This document shows, piece after piece, positions 1 to 19,812 of a stretch of 64,000 nt of DNA. Both the position numbers and the translations under genes were made by a program. The notes beneath the pieces are model-generated. The model saw only the letters and a program-made list of their open reading frames with translations, was not told the DNA's origin and did no database searches. The stretch is from positions 21,576,001 through 21,640,000 of the forward strand of contig CM022677.1 of assembly GCA_012295275.1 (NCBI GenBank), written 5' to 3'. Source of the stretch: Chrysomallon squamiferum. Lineage: Eukaryota > Animalia > Mollusca. How positions within the stretch are numbered: position 1 is the first letter of the stretch; each line of letters begins with the position of its first letter.

Positions 1-1059
1 ACTTAGGCATCAACACGTAATAATAATCTTGTTTATTTAGCTGCATATAGTAATTCAAAGAAGTTTGGCATCATTGTTGTATAAGATATCAAAGACAGGC
101 GATCATTTCTGCTTTTGCTTATTTATTTCCAAATTGTCGTTACTGTACAAGAAGTGATCGAACTTGAAAATATTCTGGGGATGTTAACAAAACTGACTAT
201 GTACAAAGTTTTCTTTTGTTCTCTAATTTACACCAGAAATCCTTAAGTGCACAGCATCGGTGATTAGATAGGGTTTTGTTTGTAATAGATTAACGGAAAC
301 TGGACTGAACTATAAAATGGTGCCCGTGTCAGAGAAGATTCGTTCCCCATGAATATTTATTCCTCCAAGGAACGAATATTCAAGATGATAAAGTAGGCGA
401 TGGTTAATGTTATACTCGATGGTTAAAAAGCATTAATGCAGCCTGTTTATTTTTAAATATTTTGATTTTCTCTGAGAAAACAAAACAAAGAAAGAACAGT
501 AAGACTAAAAATAAAATAAAAACATCATTTATTTAATAAAGATATACCTGAAAAAAAACCCAGGTCATTCCCAGGACAAATAAAGACACAAATGTAGCTT
601 TTCGCTCAAAATATAGCAGATCAGAAAAGAATAAAAACTTATCATCATCATCATCAGCATCATCAATATAGATAGCTTACTAAAGAGACAGAGAGCTAGA
701 GAAAAGTAGGCACACAGAGAGAGGCATATAGTACAATTTGTCAGTAATTTAGAACGGAAATGAGTAAATTCATCATCAGAATTATTGAAACAGTTATTGC
801 CACTGTCATGATAATTACTCCTATCATAATAATCATGTTTCTCTCTATCCAGTTTTCTATCTCATCATCGTCGTCATCAATTTCATCATAATCATCGTAA
901 TTGTAAGTTTCGTATTTTTGTTATTTCTTTTTTTTTCTTTTTTTTTCTTTCCTTTTTTTTTTCCTTTTTTTTTTTTTGTAATTGATATTCAGTATGACTG
1001 AAAAAATATACCATAAAAGAACAAGGCGGTAAAACTGCAACGATATATCATTACGATAA

Positions 1060-1235
1060 ATGAATACAAGCAGCCAACTGTTTTTAAAGCTGAAGAGTGT
1101 ATTTATTCATTCGAGGCAAATCTACCTGAGTGCGATTGCAGGAAGCAGTCAGAACATTTCCTAAACCAGACAAAAGTTTGTTTCTGTGTCTGTTAAAGTT
1201 TTACCGTTTAGAAATTCTTGCAAAATCAGGAAGAG
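1060..1235 (+). promoter_or_regulatory. Conserved proximal promoter/5'UTR block of the lectin family
   Basis: Block ...cagtcagaacatttcctaaaccag...aaaatcaggaagagATG recurs immediately upstream of exon 1 in genes C, D, E, F, G and H. No clear TATA box; TSS unknown. Confidence 0.5.
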
Positions 1236-3855
<2,620 letters not shown>

Positions 3856-4159
3856 AGAAATTTGTCTGACATTTTCTTTCATGACAAGAAATAAACAATA
3901 ATCAAAATTTAATGTTGCACTAGTCTTTTAGAACTGGAATGGTATTTGTTAAACGAGAATACGCAACTTAGAAAAGACAAAAAAGGTTTTTACCTACCGT
4001 GAAGAAACTATAGCAATATTCATGAAAGTTAGGATAAATGTCAAGGGCTTTTTTTTTTTTTTGTTTCTTTTCGTTTCAGTCTTTTTTTTTTTTTTTTTTT
4101 TTTTATTATTATTTCTTCTTATTATTATTATCATATTTGTTTTATATAAATTTTTTTTT

Positions 4160-4316
4160 TTTTCATATAAAGGTTTCAGGAAAAGCGTGACCATTTTCTA
4201 CAAGACAGTTTAAGTAATCATTGCTGTTAAGGCATGAACACAGTGAACACAATGAAAATAATTGAAAAATACCAAAATGAGTTAAAATGTAGGAAAGCAC
4301 GCGATCGCTCGTTCGT

Positions 4317-4352
<36 letters not shown>

Positions 4353-5100
4353 ACGCACAGCGACACACACACACACATACGTACAGCGAACACTTAATGA
4401 CCACTTCGCGCTCCAAAGATTTTTTATAAAATTGTTAATTTCTTGATATTAATTAAAGAGAGGAACAGCACACTTTGAACACGGGTAGGTCCTAATGGGG
4501 AAAAGTAGGATTTTGTACCTACCATAATTCTCCGTTGAAAAATACTTCAACTACAGGTACTATGAAGGTTTCAAGAAAAACTTCATCTTCGACTTAGATC
4601 GTCTAGTTTTTCAAACAAATATTTTCTGCACTGTTTTTCTATTACAGAACATTCTATTCAAATGAAAACAAAGCTAGTAAGACAGCACTTGGCATAGTTC
4701 CTTTTAAAACATCGATGAGCTGATACAGCTCAAAGACAGTAAAAAAAAAAAGAAAAAAAAAAGAAGATAAATAAATAAAATATTTAAAAAAAAAGTCGGT
4801 CAGAAGGTTTGCAGACGAAACAGCTGTGACGTCAGACTTTCATTTTACGTAATAACGTTTTTGTACACGGAACTGTTTTAACTAAGAAATAGAATGATGT
4901 AGTTTTAAAATAGAATAGTAGTGTCACGATAATAGAATCAAGTTCTCAGTTAAAAAAAAGCGTTTATTTAAAAACAATAAAAAAATGTATTTATTCGCAA
5001 CGTGAATATTTATCGTCAAATGTTTACTAAAATATTTTTGAAACAACCGCCATTTTCTGAAAGCATCCTGTAATAAGTTCATTATAACATTAAAAATAAA
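4160..5100 (-). repeat. Remnant of lectin intron-3 sequence (no exons) downstream of gene A
   Basis: Same-strand similarity to 30870-31650 (intron 3 of minus-strand gene E), e.g. ggaaaagcgtgaccattttct and cagctgtgacgtcagac. Confidence 0.6.
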
Positions 5101-5101
5101 T

Positions 5102-5154
<53 letters not shown>

Positions 5155-6084
5155 ATTAAAAAAATAGCAATAAAAATACAGTTCAGGCAGTTTATAATTA
5201 TGTATTTTCTTTAGAAATGTTTTCCTTCATACATCTCTCTTGGTATCAGGGCACGTAAACAAATTGGATTATAGCGAAAGTTTTACTGTTTAAGAATTTG
5301 TTTCTTTAGCGGTAGCCGCATTATTAATATAAGGAAAACATGAAAACCTTACCATAATACTTGGCGAATATTAGTTCCCCATGGTTAATGATATAGTATT
5401 AGGGTGAAATTCTCAAACATCGATAATAATAATTTTCATAATATCATTTTCCTCAATATTTTCTCACCAGTGTATTAACTGACCTGAATAATATTTTGAT
5501 AACTGGAAAGAAAAATTAGAAAAATTAATTCATAAGCTGCACATGCCAGATGTGGTGGGGGGGGGGGGAGAGAAACAACTAACATATTGAACTTTCTGAA
5601 GCGAAATTAATAGAAGGGTTTTCATGCCATCCACTGAATGAACAGACGGCTAGGATAACAGACATATTCGTGCAAAGTGAAGTTTTGCAAAGACGAATGA
5701 GACAGTACGACACAAAAAAGCCATTGTCTGAAAAGTACAGTTAAACTTCTACATGTAAAACAGAGCCTTTTGTAAAATTATTGTAATGGAACAGGTACGG
5801 TAACTGATCAAATTATTTAACAAAAGTTTTATTCTTATGTTTGTTCAGGATTACTGCATTCTGGAGTCTCGGACCTGTCTGTATATGTTGGATTGTTAAT
5901 TTCAGTGTGTTATGTACGTGTGTTTTTAATTTGTCTACAACATTAAACAAAACTGTGTTTATTGTCAAACTCAAAACACAAGAGTAAAAAAAAAAAAAAA
6001 CACTACATTTTAACAGAGCAATTTAATTTTGTTGGAAACCTGGCACTGTTAGGTATATGTATTTAGTATCAATATTCCCTGTCT

Positions 6085-6192
6085 TACGTGATTACAATCT
6101 GCACTCTGATTGAACAAAGCCGTTAAGTGAGCGAGGTCGAGGTGATGGACACCTCCAACATGTGGACACCGTTGACGTGGATAACGCCAACA
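6085..6192 (+). repeat. Short dispersed repeat, copy 1
   Basis: gattacaatctgc...atggacacc...acatgtggacaccgttgacg..gat..cgccaac is also present at about 25530-25640. Confidence 0.6.
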
Positions 6193-6265
6193 TCCCCATA
6201 TGCATTATTATCCCCATATGCATTATTATTATTTTTATCACTATTATTATTATTATTATTATTAT

Positions 6266-6300
<35 letters not shown>

Positions 6301-6317
6301 TTTGTATTATTACATAG

Positions 6318-6530
6318 TACATTTCGAATGGACATTTTATTTGTGTGACGTCATCGGGTGACGTCAAATGGGAGTCACGTGATTCGGAAAGACTGACAAA
6401 CTTGAGAGGTGTTACATGTGACACGGAAGGAAATATTTTTGTTTCTGATTTTGACAGAGATTGTGTCGTTCAGTTGTCACGGGATGGAAACGTTCTACCT
6501 GACATCCTCACTGACCAGGATGGATTGTGA
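6318..6530 (+). pseudogene. Isolated NHL-repeat (TRIM2/3-like beta-propeller) exon or fragment
   Basis: YISNGHFICVTSSGDVKWESRDSERLTNLRGVTCDTEGNIFVSDFDRDCVVQLSRDGNVLPDILTDQDGL fits the NHL pattern (RGVTCD..GNIFVSD...CVVQLS.DG). Preceded by AG at 6316-6317; GTGAGT at 6527. No other exons recognised. Confidence 0.6.
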
Positions 6531-6751
6531 GTTTCACTTTAACTGTTTTTTCAGTAAAACCTGATACATAAACAAATCAAGTTAGATATATTATGTATTT
6601 ATTTATTTATTATAAATTAATTAAATTAGTTAATTTTAATATTATTTAACTTACCTTTTTAAATCTAAATTACTGTTTCGTTTGAACTTAGTAAATTATA
6701 TTTTACAGAGAAACAAAATCTGATTTACTTTTGAAATGTTATCCTTGTTTT

Positions 6752-6822
<71 letters not shown>

Positions 6823-7580
6823 CCCTCTCTCTCTCTCAATATTCTGTTATTTTATAAACAGTCTATATCAAGGAATGTGATACGACATTCTTTATATATT
6901 TGTATATACTTCAGTGTAATCCAAAAGAAAAAAGAAACCCACTAAAATATTTATATTTCATATCAGTATTAAAAAATAAAAGGATATATTTGTATCTTAT
7001 CACACAAACCTGTGAAGTTGCTAAAATTAAATAATGTGACGTCACTCGTAACAGAAATGTGAATAGTGTGAATCATATGCAGATACATAGATACACACAT
7101 TCATACATACATACATTCATACATACATACATTCATACATTCATACATACATACATTCATACATACATAGAGACACGCCGACATTGGTAAAATAATACAA
7201 CAATTAGATATCTTTGTTACATTAGACGTCAATAAATAATTTAATGCTACTACTAAAAAGCTGATATCAGGGTTTGTGTGTAAACAAAAAATTAAAAATC
7301 TAAAAACATTTTACACTTGAACAGTTTTATTCATGAAAACAACTACAGTCTTCCGTTCTACTGCACTGAAATTGTGTTTGAACTAGGATAATAAAAACAA
7401 CAAAGTAACAAGAAAAGACATCTGCTTAATGATCATTGATATTTTAAAAACTTTATTATTGTTATTTCATATTAACCTTGCACTCTCTAATAAACGCTAT
7501 AAAAGAATGTAAATATATTTTTTCGGAATAAATTTAATTAAATGTATCCATTGTTATGTCTTACTTAAGTACCTCTGTAC

Positions 7581-7651
<71 letters not shown>

Positions 7652-8039
7652 CTGTTAAATAGTATTCGTGATATGTTCGTAGTAATAGTAGTGGTAGTAG
7701 TATTGTCTGAAACATTATATACAATTTTCTGTACGCAAATATGAAGGATGTTCTTTGTCATTAATACGTACAAACAACAACAAATAATAACTGATATTTC
7801 AAAAACATGATTCTCATTTTCTCTGTACCAGTGTGCAGTAGATTAAAATAAAAAAATACAATAAAATAAAAAAATAAAATGAAATAAAAAACTAAAATAA
7901 AATAAAATAACCATAAAATGAAAAAAAAAGGCGAAGAAAAAAGTAAAGTATGTGTGTCTCCGTGGAGGAGAATCTTGCCATTGATACGAACAAACTAAAA
8001 TACTAATAAAATATGTAACATTATAATAATATTAAACCC

Positions 8040-8148
<109 letters not shown>

Positions 8149-9023
8149 TATATTACTATTATTATAAACGATTTTAATGAAAATCATTACAAGTCTTTTC
8201 TCTGTACCTAGTGTTGCATATCCACTTCACTGTTAAGTTTAAACAAGACTTTTGTTCACACAGTATTTTATCTCTGCCAGTGACGCACACACACAAATAT
8301 TCGCATCAAAAACCTAAACAGACACATGCAATAAAACACAAATGGTACACAAAAAAATACTGATATACACATGCACCCATAAATACACACACATGCAACA
8401 GCAGTTGACCCGGAACTGAACAGATCTCGTCTAGTGATATATTTTTCTATTTTATCTTGCGCAATCACAAACATTGTAGCAATACTACTGCTATTACTGA
8501 TACTACTACTATTACTACTTCAGTTATTGCTACTAATAATAATATATCTCTTAATGTTTTTGTTATTTTATTTTATTTATGTTTCTTTTTTATTTATTTT
8601 TTTTTTTTTAAATATATTTTTGTTGTTTGTTTGTTTATTTGTATGTTTGTAATTATCAAGTATGATAAATTTTACAAACACTTATTTTTCACTTTGCTTC
8701 CTCGTATTGGTTTTCACCTGAGTTTATTTTATAAAACACTTTGACTGTGTGTAATCAAAAAGTGATTAACCAGGAACCTATGTTTCGCATTGATATTGCA
8801 GGTGTGATTGTAATTAAGCGAGAGGAAACAAAGGATGAAATATCAGATGACTTGTAACACTTGTTGTATGCATCCGGCCTGATGCATTCAAAGTGTTAGT
8901 GAAACTAGGATTACACTACCACTGCAATTTGCTATCAACGGTGTCACGCAAAACGAAATAAGATCAATACATTGTCATTAGTAATCCTGTTTGTGCTTAA
9001 TAAAAGAATAACAGCAGCAGCAA

Positions 9024-9108
<85 letters not shown>

Positions 9109-9421
9109 TGAAATAGTAGCTATAGTACCAGTTGCTACAGTACCAGTAGCAGCTGTAGTAGTCGTTATGGGGTTGGTTGTATTGGTAGTACCGGTAATAG
9201 CTGTAGCAGTAGCAGTGATAATTATACAGTGAAACTCCTCTAAATAGAAATTCCCTCAAAACCGAATTTATTCCTTGTTCCCCTGATTTCCACAGTAGAC
9301 AAGTAGAATGATCAATTATACTGATCGACATAGAACACTGTAGTTTACACCAATAACAGCTGCAGTGAAAACAATAGCAGAGTGTTTGTCACATTACCTC
9401 AGAGGAACATCCGCCAACCAT

Positions 9422-9620
9422 CTGTTACATTTCACTTTCACTTCATCAAACCTCATCTTCAAAACTGCTGTTACATTTCACTTTCACTGCATCAAACCTC
9501 ATCTTCAAAACTGCTGTTACATTTCCCTTTCACTGAATAAAAGCTCATCTTCAAAACTGCTGCTACATTTCACTTTCACTGCATCAAACTTCATCTTGAA
9601 AACTGCTGTTACATCTCAAC
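9422..9620 (+). repeat. 46-bp minisatellite (4 copies plus a partial) abutting the start codon of gene B
   Basis: Unit ctgttacatttcactttcactgcatcaaacctcatcttcaaaactg starts at 9422, 9468, 9514, 9560 and (partial) 9606. Confidence 0.9.
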
Positions 9621-11806
9621 ATGGAAAATTTTATCTTTGTTGTCTTTAGCCTTCTGATGCTCAGTTCACATGTTGGTAAGTTTCTCTTTACATATGTTTG
9701 TCTGTATGTGAGTGTGAGTTTTTCTGTGTTGTATATTTGTGAGTGACTATTCGCTGTCTCATGTACGTATGATTAGACTCTGCACACAGACAATATAAAG
9801 GAACGCAGTAACAGCGGAGGACGCAGTCCAGTCACAAACTCTCAAACGTGAGATGTCGCTGACGGGACTAGAACTGTGAGTCTCATTCGTCCGCACTCCG
9901 CAGTGGACAACGAAACCATTCGACGACTGAGACAAACTTTGCATATGTAAATATGTGTGTGAGTGTGTGTGTGTGTGAGTGTGTATGTAAATGTGTGTGA
10001 GTGTGTCTGTGTGTGAGTGTGTGTGTGTGTATGTAAATATGTGTGTGTGTGTATGAGTGTTTCTGTGTGTGTGTTTGTGTGTGTGTGTGACTGTGTGTGT
10101 GACTGTGTGTGTATGTGTGTGTATGTGTGACGGTGTTTGTGGACAAGTGTGTTTTTTTTTATAACTGTACGTAAATTCATTTTATATGCCGTTGTCGATT
10201 TGTTATTATTTTCTATCCTCTTTGATTTTTTAAATTTCTGCTCTTTGACATTTAACAGAGGGTTGGTACTGTCAGGCAGGATTTACGAGATTCAGATCTC
10301 ACTGCTACTGGGTTTCACCGCGGTCGTTGACAGCCTCCTGGATTGAAGCTAGCGTGAGTATCTTTTTCTTCTTTCTTATTTTAATCATCTTTATCAGCAT
10401 CAGCATCGTCACCTTCTAGCTTATTATTTAAAGGACAACAGGATCAAAACAATGCGATATAAATTTAAAAAAAAATGTATGAACATTTTCACATTTAAAA
10501 AAAATAGTGCAAATTTTCTGAAAAAAAAACAATATATATATATATATCTTAGAATATCTTCAATTACTAGAGTGTATATAATGGATCAGGTGAAGAAAAA
10601 AAATGAGATTTTTGTCGTAAAGATTTTATGAAAAATTCTGTTTTGAAATCAGGATATTTTATGTGATGAAAAGATAGAACAATGCTTGTCCTGTTTCAGT
10701 AGGTCAACTGCACACCGTAATTTACTTGTGCTTTTGAACTTATGTTTTGGATGCACTTTATATTGTACACATATCTGTCGCCACGTTCAAACAAAATTAA
10801 ACAAAAGATTAAACGACTTGGGATTAAAGATTCATCTAATCCATGTACTTTTTAAAACTGTTATAAAATATATTTATTTATCATTTAGCATCTCCGTTTT
10901 CATAATGTGGATTCTAAACTACACTTAAGAGTATTATTTTTATTTTTATTTATTTATTTTTATTATCAGAACCACCTTTCTAGATAAATTATAACATCTT
11001 TACTTGTTTCGAAAACGTTTCTTCTGGGTTAGATGATGCTTTAAATAAATGTTTTAGTTTCGAATTATTAAACATTTTAAAACTTATCTTTCCTAATAGT
11101 ATTCTAGTAGATCTTTCTTTTATCATGTTATTAGGTTAGTTCTGTTGTTTTAAATAAATTCACTGGAAATATAATTATTACGTCAGTGAATTCTAATATG
11201 GTGCAGACCAGCTATTGTATGGTCTCGGTAAAAAGTTGAAGTCCAAACATTCTTTATTTTACCCTATATTTACAAACAAATTATACATTATTAATTTGTC
11301 CACACACAGAGACACACACACAAACGCACAGACACAGACACACACACATAGACATGTATACATATTTATATTTTCACTTTTACATTTCAGCAATATTGTC
11401 ATTTCATGAATTCTTATCTGGTCGCAATCAATTCACCACTTGAAAGCAGCTACATCGAAAACGTGCTGAGAAGACGAGGGAGGTGGTAAGTATATCAAAC
11501 ATTTGTATGTATTTGTATTTGTGTGAATGTGCGTATGTGTGTGTGTGTGTGTTCCTATGTGATTACGTGATATTTTATTGATTTGTATTGACAGAAGTTT
11601 ATTGGATCGGAGCTAGCAGCATACAGAGTGGTATTTTTGAGTGGATGTCGAGAACACCTCTGTCATACTCACAGTGGTATACAGGCGAGCCAAACAATTA
11701 TGAAGGGGGAGAGCACTGCGTTCATATCTCAAAAGAAAGGAATTATCGATGGAATGACGAAAAGTGCAATAGGCTATATGGATTTGTGTGTGAACAGAAA
11801 ATATAA
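9621..11806 (+). CDS. Divergent secreted C-type lectin gene B (EPN/WND, perlucin-like); exons 9621-9675, 10259-10353, 11391-11485, 11595-11806; apparent +1 frameshift at the end of exon 3
   Basis: MENFIFVVFSLLMLSSHV / EGWYCQAGFTRFRSHCYWVSPRSLTASWIEAS / QYCHFMNSYLVAINSPLESSYIENVLRRRG / EVYWIGASSIQSGIFEWMSRTPLSYSQWYTGEPNNYEGGEHCVHISKERNYRWNDEKCNRLYGFVCEQKI*. Canonical splice sites, but exon 3 is 95 nt where phase requires 94. Confidence 0.8.
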
Positions 11807-12512
11807 ACTTAATTACTTAATAAATATTTGATCAAAGTAAAACTTGTTTGTAAAACCTGTTTATAAAACACGCTCATATAAAACACACACACACACACAG
11901 CTTGTAAATATATAGTGGTGCATGTGAGAAGAACAAATAATGCATTTTATATATTTCTTTTTGATGTTCTAAAATTTATTTCATTACAATTAGGTTGCGA
12001 TAAAATTTCATGTTTATTTCAATATTTATTCTTTATTTTCTTTCATTATTTATTAACATGTGAATCTGAAAATACTCAATCAATCTGTCAAGTTTGTAAG
12101 AAAAAGTTAATCAAGAACTTTTAAACCCTCTTACCTCTACCAATAGCAGATGTAACTGTGTTAAACTGGACTGAGATTATGAACTGCCTAAAAAGTGAAT
12201 GACAAAGTTCCATTAGCCAGTTATTGTATGTTTGTGTAAAACACGTGTTGCTTTAGAACAGAAAACTGTGAACATTCTAGAACATCTTGAGGCAGATGAA
12301 CACTGACTGCTGATCACTGTAGACTGAAACCTTCCACAACTTTCCACTTACAAAACTACTAGTCACAGTTAAAGTGCCAGTGTAGTTGTAGGCCTGCTAG
12401 AGAAAACAGTAGTTGCTCTTGTTGTTGTAGTAGTTACAATGATAGTGTCATGTTAAGGTAGAGACACGCTGCCGGTTATTACATCGTCTGAAGAAACTAA
12501 AGCAATGTGCAG

Positions 12513-12704
<192 letters not shown>

Positions 12705-13200
12705 GTAATAGTTTCTGAATACTTTAGTCATACTTAAATACATAACTGCCACTGCCACGCTTCCTATAAAAACAAAATGGACTTAAAAAACGAAAGACAA
12801 AGAAAGAAGAGCTTCGTTAGAAGCGATGATTAACCTCGGTTACACTTCTTTAAAGGTTGTTGCAATATTTGCTTAAATATAATTATCTTTGTATAATATT
12901 ATCTACCAGATTGGTTAATTTTTTTTTTTTTTCCCTTGATGTATGAAAATATCTCGCATTTAACCAAACAACTCTATATCACAGCCTCTACATGGCCAGA
13001 TGTCCTAAAATTCTTCTCTACCAAAAGTTTTTTCTGTACCAATAATATTTTTATTTCAGAATTATTTTCTCCGCGGTGCGTGACTCTGGTATGAAAAAAA
13101 AAAAAAAAAAAAAAAAAAACAATTTTAAATAGATTAGTGTAACATTAAATTTAATTATAATTAATTTCGTGTCACTGAACAAAACGTCAGACAGATTTGT

Positions 13201-16791
<3,591 letters not shown>

Positions 16792-17165
16792 TTCTTCCTG
16801 GTTGTGCAAGAATTTTTAAACGGTAAATATTTAGCAGATACAGAAACAAACTCTCGACTGGTTTAGGAAATGCTCTGATAATGTCTTCCAGTCAGTGAAC
16901 AAATATATTTTTCAGTTTTAAAAATAGTTGGCTGGTTATAGTAATTTATCATTATAGTAATTTATCATAATAGTATATTATTATGGGAAACGTGCAGTTT
17001 AATGTAGTTTATACAGACCTGTTATTTTATGGTACATCTTTTTTTTTCAGTCATGTTGGATATGAATTACAACTACAAAAGAAAAAAGTACTAAACGTGT
17101 AATGGCGATGATTATGATGATGATGATGATGAAATAGAGTCCTGCGTACAGAGAAAAAATAATTC

Positions 17166-17227
<62 letters not shown>

Positions 17228-19057
17228 TTTAATATTATATTTAAATTATTGCAGGTAGCCCTCAGAAAATGGCTTTTGTTTCTAAATATGGCGGTTGTTT
17301 GTAAACATTTGACGATAGATGTTTATTTTTTTATTTCTTTTATTTTGTTATTTTATTATTTTGATTTGCTTCAGTCGCATTGTCATTTACCGCCCAAAAT
17401 GTGGTTTCATTATTTTATTCTAAGAACGTAAAATGGATATACTAGTAAATATTTAGAAATTATACAGAGTGTTTTTATATCTATCGTCTTAAAATGTAAG
17501 ACAGTATGCAAGTAAATTTCAGATGTATTAATGCAAGACGGTTATACAAATGCATTTTCGTTAAAACTGGTGTTTTGTATCTTGCAAAATGTGACATGGA
17601 ACTCAGCTACATTTCGAATGTACATTTTGGATATCGTTAAATGTGGATTTAAATCTAACGTCTTGAAATGTTAGATGATACGCAAGTACATTTGGGATAT
17701 TTTAAATTTTGTCTGTTTACCTATATTCTTAAAATGTGAGATGCTTACACAAGTAGATTTTTTGATATTTTAAATCTTCTTTTTCTATCACAATTCGTTT
17801 GATAAAATATGAGATGGTGATACAAGTAAATTTTGGATATAAAAAAATGATGATTTTATATTTACCAACTTAAAATGTAATATGATGGTGCAAAAAAGAT
17901 ATATTTTGCATATTTTAGGTGTGATGTATGTATATATATATTTCTTGAAATATGAATTAGTCAAATTCATTAGAATATTATATATGTGATGCTTTTAAAA
18001 CCTAACGTAGTGATAAGAAAATACATGTTGACCATTGCCAGATAATTATTTTTTCTATCCTTAAAATAAATGTATTTTATGACCAACGTAAGTTTTATGC
18101 ATGTACATTCAAATGACCACTTTTATGTCTCATTTTATAACCGCTCCAGTGTGTTCATTACAAATGAACTTAGTTTTATTATCCTCTTTCCATACAATAG
18201 TGATATAATATTCACGGTTATGAGGTATTTAAAAAACACACTGTATAGAAATTGCTTTTATTGCGTGTGTGTGTGTGTGTGTGTGAGGGTGTTTGTGTGT
18301 GTGTATATGTGTGTGCGTGTGTATGTGTGTGTGCGTGTGTGTTACTGTGTATGTGTGTGTGTGTGTGTGTGTGGGTGCGTGTGTGTGGGGGTGCGTGTGG
18401 GTATATTTCTGTGTGTGTGTATGAATGTGTGCGTGTGCGTGTGCATGTGTGTGTGCGTGTGTGGGTGTTTGTGTGTGTGTGTGTGTGATAGAGAGGGGGA
18501 GCAGGCAGGCAGGCAGAGGGAGGGAGGCTTCCTACAGATTTTACTTCATTAATTTTATTTTTATAATTACTCTTATTTTTTAGATAAGTTTCAAAATTAT
18601 ATCCGAATGAAATCAGAGTCATTAATCCAAACAAGAATATTAAATGTTAGTAAATCGAAAGAAAGCAAGTTAAACGTCTCTAAAGTAATCTTTGAGTGGT
18701 GATTTTAGATGATCAACACAGTGTGAAACGGAACATCATTTTTCTTCATTTCATTATTTATTTATTTATTTAATTATATATTTATTTCTTGAGTTATTTA
18801 TTTATTTATTTAAATACATCGTTGCCAGTTTAAAATATCTATACATTTTGAATGTATTTCTTCAGCGATGTTCTGCACTGTTGTACTGTTGTGATTACAG
18901 TTTGACAATAACTCACTCAAAGGCACACAAACACACTCACAAACACACATACACACACACATATATATACAAACATTACATATACAAAATATTTGTTTCT
19001 CTATCCATCTGTCGGTTTTTGTAACTGCGTATCTATGTTTGTGTAAAGAAGTAATAT

Positions 19058-19150
19058 GTACACCATTGTAGCGATGTCTTCTTTTGTTTATACAACAACT
19101 GTTACTGGATTTCTCCAAATAACGTTTCCGCTGGATCGATCGAAGCAGTA
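19058..19150 (+). pseudogene. Orphan lectin exon-2 pseudo-exon, copy 1
   Basis: VHHCSDVFFCLYNNCYWISPNNVSAGSIEAV followed by the GTAATA donor and intron-2 minisatellite. The acceptor segment (tttggcaatgtag) is deleted and there is no exon 1, 3 or 4. Confidence 0.8.
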
Positions 19151-19574
19151 GTAATATATACCGACATATAATTTATGAGAGAATTTCTGCTTTTAAAGAT
19201 ACTCACTTACTTACCAGTTATTAAACAAATACGAATACTGAGATACGAGTTATTAAATACATACATATTAATCTATAAGTTACTGGATCTACATTCTGAT
19301 ATATTCAAATCACTGAAGAGGTACATACAAGTTAGTAAAGATTTTTTTTGTAATATATACTTTAGTAAATACTTTACAAAAACAGTACTTAGGCCAAAGT
19401 GATTAAACTCAAACATTATTAGTATTTGTGTTGTCCTTATTGTTGCTCCTTTTGTTTCGTTTATGCTACTAGTATTATTGCAATTATAATTATTATTGAT
19501 ATTGTTGTTTGTTATTATTATTATCATTATTATTATTACTATTATTGTTGTTGTTGTTATTGTTGTTAGATTTT

Positions 19575-19628
<54 letters not shown>

Positions 19629-19775
19629 GTAGAAGTAGTAGTAGGTAGTAATAATATATTGTCGTTGTTTTGCTACTAATTGCATTATTGTAATTTTGTA
19701 TTATTCTTACTGTAGTTATTTCTTTCTTATCGTTATTATAACTAAAATTATTATTGTTGTTACTGCTGTTATTAC

Positions 19776-19812
<37 letters not shown>

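Noticed and set aside
9422-9620. Regular repeats (also 28763-28999) considered as CRISPR-like arrays
   Set aside because: Head-to-tail tandem units with no unique spacers, in eukaryotic intron-containing DNA with no cas genes.
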